Virus record (IMG/VR): IMGVR_UViG_3300033475_000089
Length of the DNA: 38,009 bases
Origin: a virus
Strand: one strand, 5' to 3'
Positions within the stretch are counted from its first letter, which is position 1, and every line of letters starts with the position of its first letter. The position numbers and the translations under genes were made by a program. A model generated the notes under the pieces. The model saw nothing but the letters and a program-made list of their open reading frames with translations. It ran no database searches and was not told where the DNA came from. Positions 17,192 through 24,289 of this stretch are shown here, piece after piece.

Positions 17192-17431
17192 ATGGAATGG
17201 ATTGAGTGTTCGAACTCTAAAGATTTACCACGCGATGGTATAATTTTTTTATCTCTATGGAAAGGAAGAATTTGCATGACGCAATTTGATGTTGAAGAAG
17301 GTTCTTTCTATATAATGTTCGAACCTGCTGGTTATTCTCAAGCATGGCGGGTAGATTGGGAACGTGAATCAAAGTTCACTCATTGGATGCCATTACCTGA
17401 TTTACCTAAGGAATTATATGGAATGGATTAA
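17192..17431 (+). CDS. DUF551-like protein, tandem copy 1
   Basis: 79 aa. MEWI...DLP......W.GR.C..Q.D.E..SFY..F.P............KF..WM.LP pattern shared with the next ORF. Confidence 0.65.
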   Translation: MEWIECSNSKDLPRDGIIFLSLWKGRICMTQFDVEEGSFYIMFEPAGYSQAWRVDWERESKFTHWMPLPDLPKELYGMD

Positions 17432-17657
17432 AGTTAATGATTATAATGACCTTCCAAAAAATGAAAAACCATTTCTGGTTATGTGGAAAGGCCGTGTCTG
17501 TTTAGCACAGTATGATATTGAAGATTTATCATTTTATTTAGCTTTTGATCCTGCAATTTATGATGGCACCGTAAAAGTAGACTTAAATCATGCGGGAAAA
17601 TTCAAATATTGGATGGAATTGCCTAAAGAAAAGTTTGATATCGATGCTACTACCTGA
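17418..17657 (+). CDS. DUF551-like protein, tandem copy 2 (start trimmed)
   Basis: The ATG at 17418 gives MEWIKVNDYNDLP..., colinear with copy 1. The two ORFs overlap by 14 nt. Confidence 0.65.
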   Translation: MEWIKVNDYNDLPKNEKPFLVMWKGRVCLAQYDIEDLSFYLAFDPAIYDGTVKVDLNHAGKFKYWMELPKEKFDIDATT

Positions 17658-17683
17658 AATAAAAAAATAAATTAAAATATATC

Positions 17684-17712
17684 TTTACAAACAAATCATA
17701 ATATTATATAGT
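17684..17712 (+). promoter_or_regulatory. Sigma70-like promoter of the membrane-protein cassette
   Basis: TTTACA (17684-89), 17-nt spacer, TATAGT (17707-12), in an AT-rich 120-bp intergenic region. Confidence 0.55.
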
Positions 17713-17720
17713 TTATATAT

Positions 17721-17734
17721 CTTCTGATCAGAAG
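17721..17734. promoter_or_regulatory. Perfect 14-bp palindrome just downstream of the promoter (candidate operator or attenuator)
   Basis: cttctgatcagaag, followed by catcttttatttt. Confidence 0.4.
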
Positions 17735-17777
17735 CATCTTTTATTTTATTAACATTCTTTATTAGAGAGCTAAATCT

Positions 17778-18305
17778 ATGAAAAGACTACTATTGTCTTT
17801 AATTATGGGAATGAGTTTGAATGCAGCAAGCAGTTTAGTAGAATTAACTTCACGACCTTCAAGTCCTGATCGTTTATTCCATGATGGTTCTTCATTTGTG
17901 GTACAACGTATGGGTGTTACGCAGCAGGTTCCAGCCTATGCAGTTGAACGAGAGATACGCAGCTATGATGTTGCTACACTCTTAAAGTTGCAAGAGCATG
18001 GATATTTTGATGTACAACGCTCGGTTGAAGGCAACGAATATCGTATTGAATTCCAACCAGTGCTTAAAGCAGGCGGCGTCGGTGGCGCTAATGCTGGCTT
18101 TTGGGCAGGACGCTTTTTAGGATATGGCTTAGTATATGGCTTAACTGCTATTGTATGCCTTCCAGCGCTTGCTGCTGGACCAGTTGCTTATGGTGCTGCA
18201 TTTAAAATAGCATCAGTAACGGTAGCACCTATTGCAGAAGCAACCGCAACTACCTTCTCGGTAGCCGGTGGCGTTGCTGGTGGAGTTGCAACAGGACCTG
18301 TATGA
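17778..18305 (+). CDS. Secreted or membrane protein with a glycine-zipper-like C-terminal region
   Basis: 175 aa. Signal peptide MKRLLLSLIMGMSLNAASS. The C-terminal 80 aa are Gly/Ala-rich and hydrophobic (GGVGGANAGFWAG...VAGGVAGGVATGPV). Confidence 0.65.
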   Translation: MKRLLLSLIMGMSLNAASSLVELTSRPSSPDRLFHDGSSFVVQRMGVTQQVPAYAVEREIRSYDVATLLKLQEHGYFDVQRSVEGNEYRIEFQPVLKAGGVGGANAGFWAGRFLGYGLVYGLTAIVCLPALAAGPVAYGAAFKIASVTVAPIAEATATTFSVAGGVAGGVATGPV

Positions 18306-18529
18306 TAAAGTTCAAAACTGCATTGTACGATCAGATATGTCATACAGCTGCATTTAGCTGTGTATTAGTATCAGCTTTCAGTTTACTTGCATATCTTGGT
18401 CTTATGCCCGTTAATGCATACAATTCATATTCAGGATTTAGCTTTGCAGTTACTTTCTGTATATCGATTATTGTAGGCGCTAAATTACGGCAGCACTTTG
18501 CATATTTGTTCTATCCGAACAGTGATTAA
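18302..18529 (+). CDS. Small two-TM membrane protein (holin-like topology)
   Basis: 75 aa with two hydrophobic helices. ATGA overlap with the upstream stop. Confidence 0.55.
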   Translation: MIKFKTALYDQICHTAAFSCVLVSAFSLLAYLGLMPVNAYNSYSGFSFAVTFCISIIVGAKLRQHFAYLFYPNSD

Positions 18530-18560
18530 AAAACTAGGTATATGTATCTAGGATAATATG

Positions 18561-18587
18561 GGGCTCCGCAAGGGGCCCTTTTATTTT
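18561..18587 (+). terminator. Rho-independent terminator with a GCAA tetraloop
   Basis: 7-bp stem gggctcc with ggggccc (18561-67 / 18572-78), loop GCAA, followed by ttttatttt. Confidence 0.75.
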
Positions 18588-18811
18588 ACTGGTGTCATTG
18601 GTCCATAGAATGGATGCTCAATGATATCTTCTTCAAATACTCGTGTATCTTTAACGTCATACAAACCAGGAAATCCTACTTTGTGTATGATGTGTCGCTC
18701 TAAAGCTTGTTCTAAAGTAATGCCATATTCATCTGCATAGCGCTCGTAGTAATCCATATGTTCTGCAGGAATTGCGATGAGCATACTGAGATATAAAATA
18801 ACTGAATTCAT
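18581..18811 (-). CDS. Hypothetical small protein with an N-terminal hydrophobic segment (start trimmed)
   Basis: An internal ATG gives MNSVILYLSMLIAIPAEH... (76 aa) with an AGGA RBS. The longer track start at 18874 has no RBS. Confidence 0.5.
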   Translation of the reverse strand: MNSVILYLSMLIAIPAEHMDYYERYADEYGITLEQALERHIIHKVGFPGLYDVKDTRVFEEDIIEHPFYGPMTPVK

Positions 18812-18920
18812 TTTTAATCCTAATAAGTGGACACCGGCACCCCGTGGTAGGTTATTGCACCATGCTGTCCACAATCGATAGTGAGCACAGGCCGATGTCG
18901 CAATTTTGAATCAAGTATAA

Positions 18921-19628
18921 CTAGATTTGCTTTTTAGTTCTATCTGCTTCTATTTCAGCCTTGGTTCTGCGTGGGTTCTTACGAACATAAGGCCTACGAT
19001 TGTTACAGTTTTCTTGATGCGTAACCCATCTACAGTTTGAAGGCTCATAGTTTCCATTGTTATCTATGCGATCCAGGGTTAATCCTTCTGGCCTATCTCC
19101 CATATCTGCATAAAAATTAACAAATTTACGCCAACGTTCACATACAGTTATACCTCTTGCGCCATAATCCTTATAACCGGTTGCATGTGGCGCGGTGCAA
19201 CGATTTATCATAGCTTGCCATGTTTTGTAAATAGATGTATTAATCATGCCATGCTTGGTATTTTTTGCTGCAATTTCTCTATTGTGGCATGTTCTACATT
19301 GTGTTGTTTTTCCTGATCTCAATTCTGATGCACATTGTAAAGCTCGATGTCCACAATCGCATTCTGCTTCATAACGCATAAGCTTTCTATGCATATCAAC
19401 ATATCTTATTATGGTCCATTTACCGTATTTTTTCCCTATTTCGTCTGCTGGGTTATGTAACATTCTGAGTTTGCAATCTACGCATTGAGTTCCACGACCT
19501 GCACGTAAATCAGTTCCTGCTTTTATACGAATATTTCCACATTCGCACATACATTCATAATGCTTTCCTGGTTTTTCACTGGGCCATTCAGCTAAAACTG
19601 TCCATTTGTGAAATGTCTTGCCAATCAT
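18921..19628 (-). CDS. Free-standing HNH-family homing endonuclease
   Basis: 235 aa. Two Cys-rich repeats (KWTV...C.C.CG......G..LR.G....C..C). C-terminal block IYKTWQAMINRC...YKDYGARGITVCERW...F..DMGDRP.GLTLDRIDNNGNYEPSNCRWVTHQENCNN. Confidence 0.75.
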   Translation of the reverse strand: MIGKTFHKWTVLAEWPSEKPGKHYECMCECGNIRIKAGTDLRAGRGTQCVDCKLRMLHNPADEIGKKYGKWTIIRYVDMHRKLMRYEAECDCGHRALQCASELRSGKTTQCRTCHNREIAAKNTKHGMINTSIYKTWQAMINRCTAPHATGYKDYGARGITVCERWRKFVNFYADMGDRPEGLTLDRIDNNGNYEPSNCRWVTHQENCNNRRPYVRKNPRRTKAEIEADRTKKQI

Positions 19629-19862
19629 TTTAAATTCATCCTATACTGTTAGTGGCAGTAATGAGAAGTCGCCATCCTCACATGACAGTATCTGAGTCTC
19701 GTCAACTCAAGACAGTACGCGGGAGTCGTCATCCCAAATCCACATGGTTTTAGTTTGTATTTACCACTGTTCTTTGAAATCTTTAGTTTACACCTAATGA
19801 TGATTATAATAACATGAAAAAATACAATTGAGTAGTAAAAAAAATAAAAAAAATAAGGAGAT

Positions 19863-20129
19863 ATGATGAGTATAACGACTACATCAAGTCTTCCTGCGCC
19901 GGTCCAGCAATCTTTTGCATACAAGTTGCTCGCCGTACCAATCCCCAATTTCATTCATAACTTAGCAGCAATGTATCAAGTTATGCCTAGACAAGGTGGT
20001 ACGACAATCCGCTTCCGCAGGTATAATCCATTAAATACGGCTATGGTGCCATTGGGTAACAGCGGTGTTACACCTCCACCACAAAATTTAACAGCTGTAG
20101 ATATCGATGCGAAGATAAGTTTTTACGGT
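19863..20129 (+). CDS. Major capsid protein (N4 gp56-type, HK97 fold), exon 1
   Basis: 89 codons ending ...AKISFYG. The blocks GGTTIRFRRYNPL and PLGNSGVTPPPQNL are typical of this MCP family. AAGGAG RBS. The exon ends in the U of the P1 U.G pair (tacggt with gccgta at 20136-41). Confidence 0.85.
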
Positions 20130-20374
20130 AAACGTGCCGTAACAGTTTATTGTTAAAGACGTATGTGACAATAAACGAGCAGGTTAATGATGGCCTGCTT
20201 TAAACCCACTCTGATTGACTTGGAACTCCTTATGGGACAACAAGGCGGAAGCGAAAGCACCGTGAACGACTAAGCGAGAGGGCGCGAAAGCGAAGCGATA
20301 GTCTGAACTCTATAGCAATATAGAGAGGGAACTCCGAAGAGGGATCCCCGCTCGAAAGAGTCATAAAGTAACAG
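20130..20374 (+). mobile_element. Group I intron 1 (ORF-less, 245 nt)
   Basis: P1 is tacggt|a with tgccgta. P2 is gtttattgt with acaataaac. P2.1 is agcagg with cctgct. It has the shared block gattgacttggaa (20213-25). P7 is GACTAA (20268-73) with GATAGTC (20297-303). P8 and P9 have GAAA and GCAA tetraloops. The intron ends ...gtaacaG. Confidence 0.7.
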
Positions 20375-20401
20375 ATTTGCACTTTACAAAATCAAGACCC
20401 T
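20375..20401 (+). CDS. Major capsid protein, exon 2 (27-nt micro-exon, ICTLQNQDP)
   Basis: In frame with exons 1 and 3. It ends in the U of the P1 U.G pair of intron 2 (agaccct with ggggtct at 20411-17). The junction gives ...QNQDP|VLNE..., restoring the DPVL.E block expected in this MCP family. Confidence 0.6.
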
Positions 20402-21206
20402 AAAAAATATGGGGTCTATAAACCGTCTCTGATTGACTTGGAAGCCTACGGCATTTGCTAGGGTGACAAGGGCCAAGGACGCGATTTGAATTTATTGTTT
20501 TAAAGGATGTAAGTGGAAGCGAGAATTAAGTTTACGAATCTCTTCAAAGCAAGTCTGACGAACTTCAAGGTTTTCTTTAGAAACTTTGTTGCTTCCAAGC
20601 CTTTCGGTGTAAGTTTTTCTAAACCTAATCATAATCTCACACTGTTTCTTCTTGATAGTAAGATAGGGCAGAATTTGTTCACAAAGATCGAGCAATCTAT
20701 CACCTGTGGCAATCCAACTGAATACTTCACGTGTGAATCTCTGAGTAGAGGTGGTACGTGTGGCAGCAGAGTTGGTTCCGCTAAAGGTTTGATTAAGCCA
20801 ATCTATAAGAACATAATCAGTATTATCAATCTTAAGAAGACCGCGATAATGTTCGCTTACATAGCCATCGCCCTTCTTTTTGGGAATGATGCCCATATAG
20901 AAACATCCTTCACCATCAACGATACCAGCCATATAGGCAAGATCGGTATCTTTGTAGATAGTTGGAACGTAATTTTCAGATCGTTTATAGTATTTGCGTC
21001 GTCGTGTTTCTTCCATAGGATACCTTATTTTATGGACCAGTTATATTATACAATTGTACACGATCATTTACTATTTGTCCAGGCTGAACGACTAAGTGAG
21101 ATGGGCTCGCAAGGGTATGCGATAGTCTGACCTGCATTCGAAAGATGCAGAGGTGAATCCGAAGAGGTTTGCCCGCCTAGAAATAGGTCACAAAAGTAAC
21201 AGAATG
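20402..21206 (+). mobile_element. Group I intron 2 (805 nt) carrying an antisense LAGLIDADG gene in the P6 region
   Basis: P1 is agaccct|a with tggggtct. P3 is gtctc with gagat. It has the shared block gattgacttggaa (20431-43). P7 is GACTAA (21090-95) with GATAGTC (21121-27). P8 has a GCAA loop and P9 a GAAA loop. The intron ends ...gtaacagaatG. Confidence 0.7.
20492..21016 (-). CDS. LAGLIDADG homing endonuclease (single-motif type), antisense to the host intron
   Basis: 174 aa. Motif LAYMAGIVDGEGCFYM and an ILPYLTIKKKQCE block. AAGG RBS, with a TATAAT on the minus strand at 21050-21045. Confidence 0.85.
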   Translation of the reverse strand: MEETRRRKYYKRSENYVPTIYKDTDLAYMAGIVDGEGCFYMGIIPKKKGDGYVSEHYRGLLKIDNTDYVLIDWLNQTFSGTNSAATRTTSTQRFTREVFSWIATGDRLLDLCEQILPYLTIKKKQCEIMIRFRKTYTERLGSNKVSKENLEVRQTCFEEIRKLNSRFHLHPLKQ

Positions 21207-21438
21207 GTATTAAACGAAGGTTCTCGCCGTCTTGGCGTATCTTTACGCCAAACTGAAGACCAGCTTACGCGCGATATGTTGCAATCAACCGCATCATTCA
21301 TCAATTGCGTTGGTGGCGTTAACGGTGATAGCCCAACTGAAATCACACGTAGTGATGTTGATACTGTTATTCAAGCCCTTATGGGAAATAACGCCTATAC
21401 CATCACTGACTTGATTCAAGGTGAAGACCGTTTTGGGT
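21207..21438 (+). CDS. Major capsid protein, exon 3
   Basis: VLNEGSRRLGVSLRQTEDQLTRDML...DLIQGEDRFG plus 1 nt. P1 of intron 3 is ttgggt (21433-38) with gcccaa (21446-51). The alternative exon end at 21439 is also frame-compatible. Confidence 0.75.
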
Positions 21439-21640
21439 TAATTTGGCCCAATTAAAATTTCTGGTAATTGACTTGGAAGCCTAAGGGAAACTATGGCGAC
21501 AAGGCGCAAGCAGCGTAAGCATGCAGCGTGAGAGACTAAACCCAGAAACACCGTAAGGTGATGTGATAGTCCGACCAGAGTTACGAAAGGCTCTGAGATG
21601 CACAGAAATGATGCATCCCCCATAAGGGAGTAACAAAGCG
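21439..21640 (+). mobile_element. Group I intron 3 (ORF-less, ~202 nt)
   Basis: P3 is tctgg with ccaga. It has the shared block attgacttggaa (21467-78). P7 is AGACTAAA (21532-40) with GATAGTCCGACC (21565-76), close to the Tetrahymena core AGACUAAA...GAUAUAGUCGGACC. P8 is cacc-GTAA-ggtg. The alternative boundaries 21440..21638 are also frame-compatible. Confidence 0.7.
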
Positions 21641-22044
21641 CAAGCCCCGTTCGTAATGCTTACCTAGCATTATGCCATACGGATCTGGTATCTAACTTGA
21701 ACAACGTTGCTGGATTTGCAAACGTAGCACAATACCCGAACAATAATAACGTTCCTGATTGTGAATATGGTGCAATTTCTAATCTACGTTTCCAAGTATC
21801 TTCTATTGGTGCGATTGCTGCTAATGCTTCAAGCCTTGGTAAGAATGTGTACTCCATATTCTGCACAGGCCGCGAAGCATATGCAAACGTAAAACAAGAA
21901 GGTTATGCAGACAGTTTCATTTATCGTTCACCGATCTACTCTGATCCATTGGCTCAGAATGCATCTATAGGTTGGAAGACTGCTATGGTCCCTCGCCTGT
22001 TGAACGATCTATGGTTAATCAATTTACGTTGCACCCTAGCATAA
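21641..22044 (+). CDS. Major capsid protein, exon 4
   Basis: (S)SPVRNAYLALCHTDLVSNL...SDPLAQNASIGWKTAMVPRLLNDLWLINLRCTLA. The DPLAQ...GWK...LN..W tail is characteristic of N4-type MCPs. The frame is open upstream of the track start (TTG at 21697) back to 21634. Confidence 0.8.
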
Positions 22045-22057
22045 GGAAAGGATTAAC

Positions 22058-23281
22058 ATGGATGGAACCGTTTTAGGTCAAGGTACCTTTTTAGCTAATT
22101 CAACTGGATTAGCTAACCCAAACCCAGGTAATGCTGAGATTGGACAAGCCAATACTGCCTATATTCAAATACCTTCAAACGCAGACTTTATGTGGGTGAG
22201 AAACTTCACTAAGTCTGGTGCTGCCGGTACTAATGCAGCCTATTTTAATGGGACTGCTAATGGTGCTGTAGGTGTTGAATTCTACTGGCAACGTGGTATG
22301 GCAGCTGGATCTGCATTTGTTAAATTTTATAGCAATGCTGGTCAAGCAATATCTGGTGATACGATAACTTCTGGCGGATTTACTTTGTATGATCCATCAG
22401 GTCAATCACAAGGTGCACAGCCATTACTTGGACCTGCTGTTGCAACGACTGCTTCTACAAACGCAACGCGTCCGGTAGTAAGTACAGCTGATACATCGGG
22501 TATTTCTGTAGGTACTGTTGTTCGTATGAGCAATAGTGCACAAACTGATGTTAATGGTGTTGATATGGTTGTAGGTGCTGTAACAGTAAATACAAGCTTC
22601 ACGCTTTTAGCAGCATCAAATGCTTTAGCTACCGCTCCAGGTGCTATTGGTGGAGCTGGCTTCTATCGCATTGTATACAATGCTAATAGTGAGCTATTCT
22701 ACCCACGTCGTCGTATTGTTACTAATATTACACGTGCGGTGAATGCACAAGTTAGTACTTCAGTTGCGCATGGATTAACTCCAGGCCAATCAGTACGCTT
22801 TAATATCCCTGCTGCATCAGGTATGATTCAACTTAATCCTCAATTAAATAATAACTATTTCCCTACAAGCGCAAGCCAATCTGCAGTAGTTGTTCAAGTA
22901 ATTGATGATTATAACTTTACGATCAACATTGATACAACTGCATATGATGCGTTCACATGGCCTACTATTGCACAGATGCCTTCTAACTTCCCTGAGGTTG
23001 TTCCTTTTGGTGAAGATACAGCTGCTGCTTTAGTAAGTCCATATAGCCAAACACCAACCATTGGCGGAAGCCAAATCTTCAATACTAATACAGGTATCCT
23101 TGCTGACTCAACAGTCAACACAGGCTATTTGGGTATGGTATTAGGAACTGGTGGTGCTGGCGCTATTCTTACAACTCCTATACTTGGTCCTTCTGGAACT
23201 ATTTCTTGGTCAGCAGGAAACGTTGCCACAAGTGACAGAATGTATTGGGTTGCAGGTAAATCGCAATTCGGTGGATTATAA
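22058..23281 (+). CDS. Virion structural protein of unknown role (Ala/Gly/Thr-rich, directly after the MCP)
   Basis: 407-aa ORF with an AAGGA RBS, 13 nt after the MCP stop. No family recognised. Confidence 0.7.
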   Translation: MDGTVLGQGTFLANSTGLANPNPGNAEIGQANTAYIQIPSNADFMWVRNFTKSGAAGTNAAYFNGTANGAVGVEFYWQRGMAAGSAFVKFYSNAGQAISGDTITSGGFTLYDPSGQSQGAQPLLGPAVATTASTNATRPVVSTADTSGISVGTVVRMSNSAQTDVNGVDMVVGAVTVNTSFTLLAASNALATAPGAIGGAGFYRIVYNANSELFYPRRRIVTNITRAVNAQVSTSVAHGLTPGQSVRFNIPAASGMIQLNPQLNNNYFPTSASQSAVVVQVIDDYNFTINIDTTAYDAFTWPTIAQMPSNFPEVVPFGEDTAAALVSPYSQTPTIGGSQIFNTNTGILADSTVNTGYLGMVLGTGGAGAILTTPILGPSGTISWSAGNVATSDRMYWVAGKSQFGGL

Positions 23282-23320
23282 TAATGGGGGCCTTGTGCCC
23301 CCTTTCTTGAAAGGAAGAGT

Positions 23321-23815
23321 ATGGAAGAAGCAAGATCGGCCGTTATTGGGCATATACAAACTGCTCATACCCAAGGGCCAAATAAAGATGCAAAAAAACT
23401 TAATTTAAAATATATGCGCGATCGCGATCGTGAAACCGTTACCGGTGTATTTCGTTACTATGAAGTACCAAACGGTGTCATGGAATTCGTATATCGCGAA
23501 TATAAAGAAGACCCGGTAGAAAGATACCGCATGTTTGATGGTGAAATATATACCGTTCCCCGTGGGGTTATGCGCCATTTGAATAAGAATGGCTGGTATC
23601 CAGAATATGAGCACTATCAAACAGAACGTGGTTTACAAATGATCGGTAATCATGGTCCTATGATTGCAGGTATTAATCCCGATATGCCACATGTTGGTAT
23701 GCGTATTGGTAAGAAGATTAAACGTTTTGCTTTTGAGAGCATGGAATTTCTTGAGATGGATGATATTCCGGGAGCACAACGTATTATCAATGTCGAATTA
23801 GCACCAGTTAAATAA
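23321..23815 (+). CDS. Hypothetical structural-module protein
   Basis: 164-aa ORF with a GGAAGAG RBS. Confidence 0.7.
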   Translation: MEEARSAVIGHIQTAHTQGPNKDAKKLNLKYMRDRDRETVTGVFRYYEVPNGVMEFVYREYKEDPVERYRMFDGEIYTVPRGVMRHLNKNGWYPEYEHYQTERGLQMIGNHGPMIAGINPDMPHVGMRIGKKIKRFAFESMEFLEMDDIPGAQRIINVELAPVK

Positions 23816-23818
23816 GGA

Positions 23819-24199
23819 ATGACGATGCCCTATTTTTGCTATGCTTCACCAAATCCAATATTCCAGCGATCTATGCGTATAATAGAAGCTATTACCAATG
23901 GATTTCCTGCGCAGGTTACCACTACCTTTCCGCATCAGTATTTAAATGGACTCATTGTACGTCTGTATATACCGGAAGGATTTGGTATGCAGCAAGCAAA
24001 TCAATTATCGGGCGCTATAACCGTCACTTCAGCAACGACGTTTCTGGTGGATATTGATACGACAAATTTCGATTCTTTCATCATTCCTACGATTGTTGAG
24101 GGCGTGAGTTATACATGCCCTCAAGTCGTACCAACAGGTGAGGTCTCGAGTACGTTACAGAATGCCACGCAAAACGTACTTCCATTCTCTGCAACGTAA
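23819..24199 (+). CDS. Hypothetical structural-module protein
   Basis: 126-aa ORF with an AAGGA RBS. Confidence 0.7.
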   Translation: MTMPYFCYASPNPIFQRSMRIIEAITNGFPAQVTTTFPHQYLNGLIVRLYIPEGFGMQQANQLSGAITVTSATTFLVDIDTTNFDSFIIPTIVEGVSYTCPQVVPTGEVSSTLQNATQNVLPFSAT

Positions 24200-24289
24200 A
24201 GATTGTATATAGTGCAACTCTTGCTAGCCTTATAAAAAAGAACGTCCGTCGTCGCCCGTTGGGCTATGCCGAGACGCAGGGGAGTAGTA

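Noticed and set aside
19774-19810. Sigma70 promoter for the capsid gene using TTGAAA or TTTACA with TATAAT (19805-10)
   Set aside because: The spacers are 25 nt and 12 nt respectively, outside the functional 16-18 nt range. Capsid transcription probably reads through from upstream or uses a non-canonical late promoter.
19649-19954. 101-aa minus-strand ORF spanning the HNH-MCP intergenic region and the start of the capsid gene
   Set aside because: It overlaps the well-supported MCP exon 1 and an A/T homopolymer-rich leader. Its composition is implausible (FFYFFYY, IIIII) and it has no RBS.
20513-21130. 205-aa plus-strand ORF running through intron 2
   Set aside because: It is the antisense shadow of the LAGLIDADG gene. 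Its product is low-complexity with no motif, it has no RBS, and it runs into the intron catalytic core. The minus-strand ORF carries the real LAGLIDADG signature.
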